Below are positions 21,811 to 33,090 of a stretch of DNA of 33,090 nt, piece after piece. Below the pieces are notes generated by a model. That model saw only the letters and a list, made by a program, of their open reading frames with translations. It was not told where the DNA came from and did no database searches. Each line of letters begins with the position of its first letter. Within the stretch, counting starts at the first letter, position 1. The position numbers and the translations under genes were made by a program. This DNA comes from Guillardia theta CCMP2712 (taxonomy: Eukaryota > Protista > Cryptophyta): the NCBI RefSeq assembly GCF_000315625.1, contig NW_005434622.1, positions 309,057 to 342,146 of the forward strand, read 5' to 3'.

Positions 21811-22124
21811 AGCTGAAGGAGTGGCACACGTGATCGATAACCGGAGGAACCCTGCGCCGAATATAAAATTGAACAGAGATCGTTTCAATACTTACTACAC
21901 TTTAATCCGTTGATATCCTAAAATGGAACGTTGTCTTTCAAGTGCCACTTGGAAAGGGTGCGCTCCATTCGGTGAAGATACTGTACCTTTTCAAACTCAG
22001 AAACGGAACGCTTCGGTGCTTTGGTCCTCAGAAAACTCCAAACGACCCCTTCACAGCCTCTACCTCGCCTACCGCCCGCTCTAGAATCGTGGACGTGTCT
22101 CTCGGACCTCGTGACTGGTGGATC

Positions 22125-22725
22125 ATGGATTCACCGACCCTCATGACCCTCAACCAATCGTTGCGATTTTACAGACATACCATGTGACCTTCCCCAACTT
22201 CCCCAGGGATCTATTTAAAAATCCCCGACTCCCCGACTCCAACCAGTCTCCCCTTTCCCTCCCCCACAGGCTCTATCCTGCTCCTGCCGTACTTCGCCGT
22301 GTGTCTGTCCTCCTGCTTCTAGCCACATCACCACAATACTCGTAGCTTCAGCACCTTCTCCTCAGCAGGACATCATCATGTGCTCACAGAACAAGCAGAG
22401 TCATGCTATTTGCGGTCACGGGACCTGCGCGATTGTTGGGTTTTGCATCAGGAAATATAATCGATCTGCAACTCAGCCTGCTCCAACATGTGAAAAGATA
22501 AAAGAAGAGCCAAAGGTCATGTGTGAAGAGGCTCAGCACAGTGCTTCTGCCAAGCAGGCTCAGTCCAACCCTGTTCCGAGCCAAGAACCCCACAAGTCCT
22601 CGGTTGAGATTTTGGAGATGTCAGAGTGCATCATGGATTCGTTCTCGGCCATCAAGTCAATCAGCAGCGTCGAGGTCGAAGCGTTAAAGGATTGCCTGGT
22701 TCGAAATATTCATATCGATCTGTAG
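22125..22725 (+). CDS. Small hypothetical protein with a Cys/His cluster
   Basis: Exons 22125-22183, 22270-22288 and 22369-22725 join in frame: MDSPTLMTLNQSLRFYRHTMLYPAPADIIMCSQNKQSHAICGHGTCAIVGFCIRK...LKDCLVRNIHIDL*. Confidence 0.55.
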
Positions 22726-22850
22726 TTTTTGCCTATTCATTCGGGGTATCGCTGTGTATTCTTTGCCTTGTAAATAAAGATATCTTTTCCAATCAAGTGT
22801 TTTGTCTATTACGACACGGGTAGTATCACATTTTCCTGCCTCATTCACCT

Positions 22851-25265
22851 CTACGCTGCGAAGACTTTCTCTGAACTCCTCCCTGAGCTTGGCCTCATCT
22901 CCGAAGCGCGAAACATTTCGGTTTCCTTCATGACCTCAGACTGCGATGTCTGCCTATTTTGCCTCTTGCTCTTCGACATCTGCGCGACATCCTGCTGGTA
23001 AGCGGCGACTTTGGCCTGGTAGACAACTCCGACGAAATGAGGGACGCGGTTGTAGTATCCCCAAAGTAGCAGCAGGCCGACGCAGATCAGCGCGAAGTAG
23101 CAGAAGCCGCTAGTGAACTGCCCGATGACCGAGGAGTTGGTGAGGATGAAACGCAAGCCGAACCATTCGTTGAAGATGCCGTAGGTGAAGATGGGAACGT
23201 TGAGGAAAGCGGCGCCCAGGACGAGGAAGATCCCAGGAACATCCTTGGAGAGCTTCATGGAGCAGATGGCGACCATGTACTGGACCTCGAGCTTGTCGCT
23301 CATCTCGTTGATGATCATGATGTGGAGAACGGCGAGCAGAGCTGCCCACATGAAGCAGAAGGCGGCGACAGCTGAGAAGCAGTAGAGGATTGACCCTGTC
23401 TCCTTATTCTGCATGTCGAAACCTTGCAAGCACCAGCAGTCGATCCCCGAGGGATCGCAGAAGCAACTGTAGGAGGCGTGATAAAACATGTTCCAGGCAA
23501 AGATGAAGGCAACGGCGGAGACAACCGCTATCTGTGTGTTGACCATGGTCCACTCGACCTTGGAAGAGGACTTAGTGATGAGCTAAATTACACAGGTCGT
23601 ACCTTTGCTTCTTCTATTTCAACCAGCTCGATCGTTCTTGTCCATGACAAGGTGAACATCCCTAACAACTTCTGGGGATAGTTCCTGGGCAAAAGTGTTA
23701 GCGGAAAGAGCGAAGACAACACATCGGAACAAGGAAGAGACCAACAAGTGGCCTCATTCATATTTTGTGAGTTGTGCGCTTAGAGAGAGAGAGGGCTAAG
23801 GAGGAAGGGAAGGTAGGATAGAAAGATGGTAGTAGAGAAGCAGTCGGATTGGAGGAGATGGAAGGGATGGCATACAGAACTCGCAGCTCCCTGGTCCTCG
23901 GCTTGCATGCGATTCGCTTTAGCTGAGAGACGGTAAGAGCAAAGACAAGACAGCTATCTCCGACTCCACCTGCTCGATCTCCTTTCCCAGCCTGACCCGA
24001 GTGCCAACTGGGCAAGCGAGTCAAACCACAGTCAAGACAGGCAACGCCATTTTGACGGACCAGCATGCACACCGATGCTGAACAAGTCATGCTCGCAAAT
24101 CCGGAGCAGAATCTGAAATTAAGTCTTGAGCCAGTTTCCAGTCCCAAGGAAGAAATCTTCTTCCACAATGAACTTTGCTCACAAACATCACAGCCTGCCT
24201 TCTCCATCACAGCACCTCGTATCTTCCAACTAGTACACACTCCTAGCATCGTACCCGGCCGTCGACGTCATTGGCTTGGAAGGCCTCTTCCTCATCTTCG
24301 AATCCCCGCTTCTTCAACCAGATGCAAACCTGAGCCGCTGATAGTCAATAGCAGGAGTAGACAGGAACAAGGGCCAACATCGTCTGTTGACCAGGACATA
24401 ACGTCGAACAATGATTCATTGACCTCCGGCGGGGCTTCCACCTTGGTCGCTTCAGAGATGACATACCCCTGCGACGCAGTCAGACCGGCCGGGACCGAGC
24501 GACAAGCCATGCGGACAGTTTTCTCTGGAACGGCCTGCTTGGTAGTGCTGATCGCTGTGTCCTTGTCAGAGAGGGCGTCCCTCTCCGAAGGGGCGCTCGT
24601 CCTAGCTAGTGAGCTCTTTACACCCAGAACCACCTGCACAACTTGAACTCTCAACCCTTCGCCTCGGTCAAGCAGTGGACAAATCTCACTTGGGAAAAGG
24701 GAGGGCCGCGCAGCAACTGCTCGACCCCTGTCTGGTCGAGTCCGGCGGTGCTGCAGCAAACGGTCATACCCGCAGGAGGCACTAAAAGCAAGGCAGGAGG
24801 AAATGCGGTTGGACAGCACCGGGGCGGCAAGGGGAGAAACGACACGAGGGAGCATCACCAAGTTGAGCAGCACACATACGAGAAAAGATTGCTGCGCATT
24901 CACTCACTGGATGAAATCGACCTCGAACAGGTAATCTCCCGATGACACAGAGTCGTAGAAAGCCACTGGGCCCTGCGAGCAAGCGCACAATGAACTCGAG
25001 CAGACGATGACTGTTCGTGGATGTCACCGATTCTGAGATGTACGAAATCATCCACAGGCCCGTCTTGGGGTCCCGGACAACCTTGATCCCTGTCTCTCCT
25101 GTGGACCCGCGCATGACCGTGCTGAAAGTCAAGTCCCTGACCTGCACTCCCTCGTCACGACCAGCATGACGGCAGTGCAGGAGGTCGTCAAGGTCCAGCA
25201 TGGACCGAACGCACCTCAGGAGATCCTTGGTTGCGTGCGAACACCAGGGAGGCCTTCATGCTCAT
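22851..25265 (-). CDS. PDZ + SAM + four-TM membrane protein; multi-exon, may extend further 5'
   Basis: Exons 25265-25215, 25141-25028, 24972-24908, 24750-24690 and 24633 onward give a PDZ domain (TGIKVVRD...MISYISES/GPVAFYDSVSSGDYLFEVDFIH/TAGLDQTGVEQLLRGPPFSQ/VVLGV). Next comes a SAM domain (VMSWSTDD/VCIWLKKRGFEDEEEAFQANDVDGR/ILLRICEHDLFSIGVHAV/GTRVRLGKEIEQ/LK). A terminal exon with four hydrophobic helices ends at 22851. Confidence 0.8.
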
Positions 25266-26429
25266 TGTCACCCCCTCGGAATCTGATTGATGACTGTCAG
25301 CTGACGACGTGCTGAAGCCTTATGGGATGGCGAGGTGGTGAAGTCAAGATGTTTCTCTCCTTCATCAAGACGGAGAGAAACATCTCGTTATTCTGAGTGG
25401 ACTGGTCCGAGGTTATCGACAGGATGTCACCACTGCTCTCTACCTCTGATGCAGCTCTGGAACCAACGAAGAAATCTAATCGCTCCAATAGAGAAACCTG
25501 ATTCCCCCACGGACCTCTTGCACGCAGCCTATCGCTCTGTAATACTTCTTGGTTTGTCCATTAGTATCTGTCTTCTGTTGACCTATCCATGTTTGTCATT
25601 TCTCGTTCGTCATCTTTTACTAGTCTACAATCTCGATTCCTGTGCCTTGATCTCCCCTCCCCTTCCCTTATCATATCTGTTATCTCCATGTATCTCTCTC
25701 CCTCCCTCCTCCCTCTGTCCCTTCTCCCTCCTCCCTCCTCCTCCTCCCTTTCTCCCACGGTCCATCCCTCCTCCCTCCTCCCTCCTCCCTCCTCCCTCCT
25801 CCTCCCTCCTCCCTCCTTCCCTCTTCCTTCCAGGCATCGCATCGTCCCGTCGGGAGTCGTCCTTCGGCTAGCTGCTTGGTTCCTCGCCTGACCATCAAAG
25901 AAACTTCGATGTGAAAAGTTGTCTTGTGCTTATCAACTGGTACCCATCCAATCCTAGTATTTTAGCTTATTATGTATGGGTAGGTTGTCATAACAAGTTG
26001 CCATTCGGCAGTGGAATGTGCCCAAGTGAAAGCCATAAAGAGCCGCACTGCCACCGTCTACATGGACCCCAAGGTCAACGAAACAATGCAGGGTGCAAGT
26101 TGGACAAACTCCGACCAACTTAGTTCCGGGACATGCACCTCTAGATTCCATGGGTCAAGATCTCAAATATCTCGATTCACCTTCTAATTAATTCAAGGTA
26201 TCCTTTCACCTTGCTGGTTTCGTGTCGCGGAAGAACTGGAGGTACCGGTGGCGCTCGGGCTGCCCGGTCACGCCTACTACTGTGAGTACGGCCGGGCATA
26301 TCAAGACCGAGTCTATTTTTTTGGTGGTTACAAAGACGTTACAATTTAACGGAGTGTAACCGCCGGGTACTTTGAAATGGCGTGGAGGGTAGATGGAAAC
26401 AAGAGCTGAGAGAGACGAGAGCTGACGTT

Positions 26430-26690
26430 CCTCCCCCTCCCTCCCTCCCTGCCTCCCTGCCTCCCTGCCTCCCTGCCTCCCTGCCTCCCTGCCTCCCTCC
26501 CTCCCTCCCTNNNNNNNNNNNNNNNNNNNNNNNNNNNNNNNNNNNNNNNNNNNNNNNNNNNNNNNNNNNNNNNNNNNNNNNNNNNNNNNNNNNNNNNNNN
26601 NNNNNNNNNNTCCCTCCCTACCTCCCTCCCTCCCTTCCTCCCTCCCTCCCTCCCTCCCTCCCTCCCTCCCTCCCTCCCTCCCTCCTCCCT
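26430..26690. repeat. (CCCT/CCCTGCCT)n microsatellite interrupted by a 100-N assembly gap (26511-26610)
   Basis: Tandem ccct units either side of the N run. Confidence 0.95.
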
Positions 26691-26820
26691 TGTAAAGTTC
26701 TTTCAACTTTGCATGTTCCTAAGATGGGAAGGTTGAGTCGGCCGGACCGCCGCGAGAAGGGGAGGGCAAGCGGGAGGATGAGGGGATGACCTCTGCATTG
26801 TTCGGCTCTACTTGTTGTCT

Positions 26821-27846
26821 ATGAGCGTCAGGATGGAGAAAACTCGGATAGGAGCGTCAAGGAATCCCCTCCAAGAGATAGACGAAAATCAGGACGTTCG
26901 CCATGTCACCAGCACGTTTCGAGAGGCGCTGGTGAAGTGTTCTAGTTTGGTGAGTCAAAATCCTTTCTCTGTGCTTTGATGATGTCCTGTGTTGTGTTGT
27001 TTCCGCTGATGTTGATTGTAGATTGAAGAGGAGCTGGGCCTTGAACAAACTTTCGGAAGCGCCTTCGTTGAATACCTCACCAACTGCCCATTAGTCAGGG
27101 AAGCAGAAAGTGCTGGAAAGGAAAGATTGCTCCGCAAATTGTTCGAGCCTTGGAAGGATTTGGCTGCGAGGAGCTTCCAGAGGAGCTGCCTGCTGACTTG
27201 TATGCTATCTCGATCAGATAGCAGAACGATAAAAAACGCTTTCCAACATTGGGCAAGCAGGATTATGCGAGATGCGGAAAAACTCCGGGAGGCGACTAAG
27301 TCGAACTCAGTCGGGGTTCAATGCGATGAGCTGCGAGACAGGGAGGAAGGCGTCCGATGGGACGAGAGGAAGCCCTGCCGTCCGAGATCCAACCAGCCAT
27401 CGGGCAAGAGGAGGAGGAAGACGGAGTTGAAGGACGGGTCTTTCCTGCTGTTCCTCGAGACCGTTGAGCATCGGCTTCTGCGGGAGATCAAAGAGCTTGA
27501 CTCGCGGGCGAGGAGGCTGGGGCAGGGGAACTGCTGCCTCCGACCTCGTCTCTCTTCCCTGGCTGAAGAAAGTCGACCGGATGACGAGCAAGGCTGCCAG
27601 GTTGCGACTGCCGGCCAAGGGCCCGTGCAGGTAGGCACTGCTTGTTCCTCTTGTGAGATCAGCGTCTTACTTGAACTTGGTAAGAAGGTTGCAAGGAACG
27701 GATCCCTCTACAGTCGCCTCGGGTCCCGTCTCTTCAGCCGCCTTCATAGGCTGCAACGAACGGTCTCCCCACGGTCGGATGAGAATCAGACGGCAGCTGG
27801 CAGAGATTGTGGTAGTCAGGAGGTTGTGCGGCAAGATGTCAAGAGG

Positions 27847-27900
<54 letters not shown>

Positions 27901-28882
27901 AGGACAATGAGGAGCATCTTCGTGAGGGCAAGCGGCAACTCATACGTCGACAACAATTTTCGCTGGAAGAGAATATTCGCGTCATGGCAGGGAGGGAGTG
28001 GGGGCAGCACGCTGCGGGCTCGTGGGCTCATGCCAGAAAAAGAGGAGAAGGGAGGGAGAGAGGAGGGAGAGGAGAGGGGAGCAGATGGAAGCGCAGCCAT
28101 CCCAGAACGCGTCCTCAAAAATCGAAGGTCTTCTCCTCCTGAATCTGCAACGCCCCAAGCTTCTGCTTCAAATGAGGAACAGCAGAGGCATGGACAGCAA
28201 CAGGAGAGCAACGGTTATGGGGAGGAGGAGGACGAGGACGAGGAGGAGGAGGAGGACAAGGAGGAGCTGCCAAGAGGAGCTTCTCCGCAGCCCTTCAGTC
28301 AGACCTCCCTCTCCTCCCTTGCATCAACCAGGCTCCCGCAGTTTGCAGACTTGCCGCATCGATCGCATCTGTGGCAGGAAGAAGAACGAAGGCGGGGGCA
28401 ACTAGCTCCCACTCCTCTGCTCCCTCCTTCCCTCCCTCCTGCTTCCTTCCCTACACCTCTCCCTCGTCCTCTCCCTCCTCCTCTCCCTCCTCCTTCCTTC
28501 CATAAACACACGTGGAGGTCTCACCTAGTCGGCAAGGACTCGTCGTTGCCCTCCTGCACGCCTCCGCAGCTCTCGCCTGCACCTTCTAGGAGGACAGAGC
28601 ATGGATACTCAGCGGGACGGGAGCAGACTTTGCTCCGTCACTCTCCTCCCACCGACGCCAGCTTGCCATGGCATCCACAAGGAAGGTACGAATGGCGACA
28701 CGGCAGGATGCGGGATATCGAGCAGGAGCGGGAGTATGAGGAGGATTGGAGGGAGGAGCTGGAGCAGGAGGAGCTGGAGCTGGAGCTGGAGCCGGATGCG
28801 ATGGAGACAGAGGGAGACGCTGAAATGTGGATGGAATATCTGCAGGATGACGAGAACAGCTCAGAGGACTTTGAGTGGAGGA

Positions 28883-28944
<62 letters not shown>

Positions 28945-29351
28945 GTGAGATTCGAGGACGACAATGACGACCACGAGGACGAGGAAAGCATGGAAGTGAC
29001 GCAGGTGGATACAAGGGTAAGATCGACACTTTTTCCTAGCTCCCCATCTGCGGTCTGCTCCCTCCTTCCTCGCCCTCCCAACCACCTCCTCTTCCTCCTC
29101 CCCAACCACCTCCTCTTCCTCCTCCCCTTGTTCTTCTCCACCATTCCGCCCTTCCATGCTGTCTGCTCCTTCCGTCCCTCTATGTCTGCCTGCCCCTTCC
29201 CCAGCCATGGCTCTGCGCCTTGTTGCTTGCCTTTACTCACTCTCTTCCCTTACAACAGTGCTCCTCTCCTCCATGCCCCTATCACCGAGGCCTCAGTCGC
29301 GAGCTCTCCTTCGAGGACGTGCTTGCATACTGGTCCATGAAGGGATGGTGA
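26821..29351 (+). CDS. Large low-complexity protein with N-terminal D-box-like motif and Sfi1-like (F-x-x-W) repeats
   Basis: Exons 26821-26949, 27022-29016 (may hide further introns) and 29259-29351 are in phase 0. Motifs RNPLQEIDEN, LLRKLFEPWK, IKNAFQHWAS, WKRIFASWQ, plus (GA)n, poly-E, poly-P and (RS)n tracts. It ends ...LSFEDVLAYWSMKGW*. Confidence 0.6.
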
Positions 29352-29386
29352 CTGATCCCACCGTCGTCGACCTCCTCCTCCTTCTC

Positions 29387-31442
29387 CTACTCCTCCTCCT
29401 CCTCCTCTTCCTCCTCCTCCCCTTCTCCCTGCTCTTCCTCTCCCTCAACCAGTTCCCTTCCCCCGTCATCGTCCTCCATCTTATCCTCGTCTATCCACCT
29501 CCTTCCAGCCATTTCCTCCTCCATGCTCTCTTCCTCACTCATCATCTTCTCCATCTCCTCCTCCAAACTCCACTTCCTCCCGAGGCCGTCGACGTTCCCC
29601 GTCAGGAGAAAACCTCGAGCTGCAGGGGCAAGACAGAGGATGCCGACACCACTCCTGTTGAGAGGAAGATCAGGGTAGGAGGAAGAAGAAGGGAGGAGAG
29701 AGGAGGGGCAGGGGAGGAAGCAACTAGGTAGAAGAAGCAGATCAGGAGAGACTGACCTCAACTCTGCGTTGCGTCGGAACATGGGAGCCTGGAGCAGCAT
29801 CATGAAGCAGCAGCAGCAGCAAGAAGCAGCAGCAGCAGCAGCACAGGGTTGGGGGCGTGGACAAGAACCTGTCCGAGGATGAGCACTCTGCCGTCGAGGA
29901 AGCCCATGGCGAGGAGCTCCTCTCCTGACTGCGAGCAGATGCTGGTGATACTTGTGGCTGCGTCATTGCCTGGAAGGGGACAGGAGGGCAGGATCAGGAA
30001 CGAGGACGAGGAGAAGTCACTGACCAGTGAACTCCGAGAGGAGGAGGGAGGAAGAGACGTCGAAGGCCTTGACTGATCGGTCCTTTCCTGCTACGTCTGC
30101 GAGAAGGAATGATAGTTTTAGTTTGTTGCATGTTATGGTGATATGAATCAGAGATGTTCATGATTGATTTGAAGACAAGAAGAGGCAATCTCCACTCACA
30201 AAGAACTCCGTCTATCACCGTACAGCTCCATGCGTCATTGCATGTGGACTTGTTGGCAGGTCAGCGGAGCAAAGGCGATCACTGTTACACTTACATTCAT
30301 CACCACGTGCTCCCTCATCTCGCTCAGGTCCCACAGGAGTACGTCCCCCCTCCCCTGACACCTCACACCTGTCTCCTCCGCCTTCCTCACAGGGCCTGGA
30401 TAGAACTCGCTGTCGCTGACCGACTGCTCCTGTGCTGGGGGAACTTCACGCCGACTCCGGGTCGAGCAGCATGCTCTGACCTGCTAGGATAACGAGAAGG
30501 TCTTTCCATACGCAGGCTGATCGCACAGGCTTCGCCAGCAGCTCAATCTTGAAAACCTGTGTCGCCTCTTCAGCAATATGCTCTCCTTCCCAGCTCCCCC
30601 CCTTCCCCCTTCCCCTTCCCCTCCCCCCTTTCCCTTCCTCTTTCGCAGCCTTCCTCCCTCCAAACCTCCTCTCTGCTCCCCGTCCTTATCTCCTCCCTCC
30701 CTCCCTCCCTCCCTCCCTCCCTCCCTCCCTCTCTCTCTCTCTCTCTCTCCGCACCAGAGTGAGATGTGCAGACGTCCAGAACTTGACCTGAGTCTAACAA
30801 GTCAAAAACCTTTCGCGGGTATCCAAGGGCTCACCGTCCCGTCGTACCCCCCAGAAACTATCCTGTCCTCGTGCTCTACGATACACCGCACCCCACCCTG
30901 GTTGCACTTCACCTGCCTGACCTCCCTCCGAAGTTCGACGTCCCACTCTCGCACGCTGTCATCGGACGAGCAGGAGAACAAAACTCCCTTCCTCGCCGAG
31001 AGGTCCGTGGGAGGATTGGTGTGCCCTGCCATCCATCCCCTGCTCTGCCCTGTCCTCAAGTCCCAAGTTCTGATCATCTTGTCAGTCCCACCCGTGCACA
31101 GCAAGTCCTCGCCGACCACCACCATGCACTGCACTGCTCCGTCGTGCTTCCTGTAGACTCGGACGGGCTTCAGCTTGCTCCCGCAAGATCCTTCTCGTCA
31201 GTAACTGAGTACTTGGGCTCCTTGCAGAACTCTCGGCTATCTACACTTGAGCCCTCGGAAGATTCGCTGCTCGTGCTCTGCCCGGATCCTCTGCCGTCCC
31301 CTCGCGCCGCCATTCTGTGCATGCCATGGAACAGCATCCTGGTCGCCATGCTGCTCGCATCCATCCCGACGGTCATGTGGGTTTCATGACAACACAGCAA
31401 GAAAACAAGAGGGATGAGCAAGTTCCATGAGAGCCCAGCCAT
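29387..31442 (-). CDS. WD40-repeat protein with a hydrophobic N-terminal leader and acidic C-terminal tail; many exons
   Basis: WD repeats KHDGAVQCM...TGGTDKMIRTWD, GHTNPP...SCSSDDSVREWD, VSGGYDGT/VKFW, GDVLLWD, GKDRSVKAFD, LAMGFLDGRV and LLTGNVDGLGRKWS lie across GT-AG exons. ATG at 31442, TAG at 29387-29389. Confidence 0.8.
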
Positions 31443-31916
31443 GCTCCTGCTATCAGCGTGCCCTCACCTGTAGATCAATTTCTCCCACCTCCTATCTTGC
31501 CCTGCTTCCCCCTCCCATTCTCTGGGGCCTCCCTCCCTCTCTCACTCACTCAATCTGAATCTCAACCTTCCTCCTCCCTGAAGAGCGAAATTCAGTGATC
31601 ACGAAGAGATATCTTTAGAGTGTAACTCGCTCACTCTCGTCTTGTATCCTGTCTTCTCCTTCCTCTATCCTCCCTCTCCACTCTCTCCACTCTCTCCACT
31701 CTCTCCTTCCTCTCCTCCTTCTCCTCCCCCTCCTCCCCCTCCCCCCTCCTCCCCCCTCCTCCCCCTCCTGCTCTCGTCCTGCTCTCGTCCTGCTCTTCTT
31801 TCCTGCCTTGCGACTTGTCACTGCCCTTGGTCGGCCTTGTAGGGGATCCCGTACCCTACCCACCCGAGAAAGCATGATTGATGGGGTAGTTTGGCTCTAC
31901 ACAAACGGGGGCCAGC

Positions 31917-32673
31917 ATGGCAAACCTGCCGCCGACGTTTGTTGCGAACTTTCATGATGAAGAGCAGGTCAAGAAGATGAAGTACAGGTGAGCAGATGAC
32001 CAACAACAGTCCTTGGATAGACAGACAACGTGCTGCAGGAGAAGAGATGTGATAGTTGACTGAGAAGAGGAACTGTTTCTGTTTCTCCGTTTTACAACCT
32101 CATTGGGTCTCATCTGATCTGATCTCATCTGATCCCGTCTCGCCTTGTCTCGTCCCATTCCATCTCATCTCATCTCATCTCATCTCATCTCATCTCATCT
32201 CATCTCATCTCATCTCATCTCATCTCATCTCATCTCATCTCATCTCATCTCATCTCATCTCATCTCATCTCATCTCATCTCATCTCATCTCATCTCATCT
32301 CATCTCATCTCATCTCATCTCATCTCATCTCATCTCATCTCATCTCATCTCATCTCATCTCATCTCATCTCATCTCATCTCATCTCATCTCGTCTCGTCT
32401 CATCTCATCTCGTCTCATCTGATTGCATCTTCCTCCGGCTTTGTTCTGATCCCCGACAGGGATCTTGGAGGAACAGGTCTGAAAGTCTCAGCCCTGGGCT
32501 TCGGAGGGAGTGCGCTTGGAGGTGTCTTCCATGCTGTGACGGAGGGAGAGTGCACGCGAGTGGTCGAGGAGACGATTCGAGCCGGAGTCAACATAATCGA
32601 CACGGCTCCATGGTACGGTCAAGGAAAGAGCGAGGAGATGCTGGGCAAGGCGCTGAAGGGAGTGCCAAGAGAG
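31917..32673 (+). CDS. Aldo-keto reductase, L-galactose/L-fucose dehydrogenase-like; first two exons, continues beyond the window
   Basis: Exon 31917-31987 (MANLPPTFVANFHDEEQVKKMKYR) plus exon 32460-32673 (DLGGTGLKVSALGFGGSALGGVF...GVNIIDTAPWYGQGKSEEMLGKALKGVPRE), with the AKR DTAxxYG catalytic Asp/Tyr motif. Confidence 0.88.
32161..32420 (+). repeat. (CATCT)n pentanucleotide microsatellite in AKR intron 1
   Basis: About 260 bp of near-perfect catct tandem repeat. It produces the spurious HLISS ORFs. Confidence 0.97.
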
Positions 32674-33090
32674 GTACGGGAAGGAGGAGTGGATAAAGGA
32701 TGGGGGAAGGGGAGAGTGGTGGTGGTGGTGGTGGTGGTGGTGGTGGTGAGAGAGGAGGAGGAGGAGGAGGACTTGGAGGAGGAGGAGGAGGAGGAGGAGG
32801 AGGAGGAGGAGGAGGTGGTGGTGGTGGTGGTGGTGGTGGATACCCGCATGGATGAGGCACGAGTTCAACTTAGACTCCTCTCCTGCCTCCTCCCCGTTCA
32901 CTTCCCTTCTCCTCCTCTATGTCCTCTCCTGCCACTTGTGCTTCTCTGCCCTTCATCCTGCTTGTTGTCAACTCATCTACTCCTCGTCTTCTCCACCTTT
33001 CCACCTCTATTCCTCTTCTCTACATCATCTCTCACTGCAGGCTGACCTGAAGATTAACTCTACGGCAGGACAATGAAACAGAGCAGGAGC

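Noticed and set aside
22990-23546. Bona fide Orai channel
   Set aside because: The TM1 selectivity Glu and the SALLSGFAMVAMVE signature are absent; only a general 4-TM resemblance remains.
32056-33045. 329-aa ORF with HLISS repeats and poly-V/E as a novel repeat protein
   Set aside because: The repeats are intronic microsatellites; only 32460-32673 is AKR coding sequence.
1-33090. tRNA/rRNA genes or a functional gene cluster
   Set aside because: No cloverleaf or rRNA motifs were seen, and neighbouring genes have unrelated functions. The FCS finger near the Crypton gene (reminiscent of ZMYM) is in a separate gene about 7 kb away.

Overview
Gene-dense eukaryotic nuclear DNA from a draft assembly with two 100-N gaps. 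Introns are either about 40-60 nt or expanded by microsatellites. A signal peptide plus 'A-F' plastid leader and an LRGG leader motif suggest a cryptophyte-like alga with a secondary red plastid (inference). Hand-spliced gene models, in order: 3' half of condensin-II subunit G2 (+); small 4-TM protein (-); CryptonS-type tyrosine-recombinase-derived protein with a degenerate catalytic site (+); KH-like/acidic exons (+); MS4A/CD20-like tetraspan with a long YNxG-repeat loop (+); signal-peptide/LRGG protein with an FCS/FLZ-like finger (+); nucleotide-sugar transporter (-); ARL6IP4/SR-25 (+); plastid CNNM/CorB transporter (-); a GC-rich non-coding element; a small Cys/His protein (+); a PDZ-SAM-4TM membrane protein (-); a D-box/Sfi1-like low-complexity protein (+); a WD40 protein (-); and the 5' part of an L-galactose-dehydrogenase-like aldo-keto reductase (+). 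The best novelty candidates are the apparently domesticated Crypton gene, the PDZ-SAM-4TM protein and the YNxG-repeat tetraspan. All family calls come from recalled motifs, not database searches. Most listed six-frame ORFs are artefacts of simple repeats.
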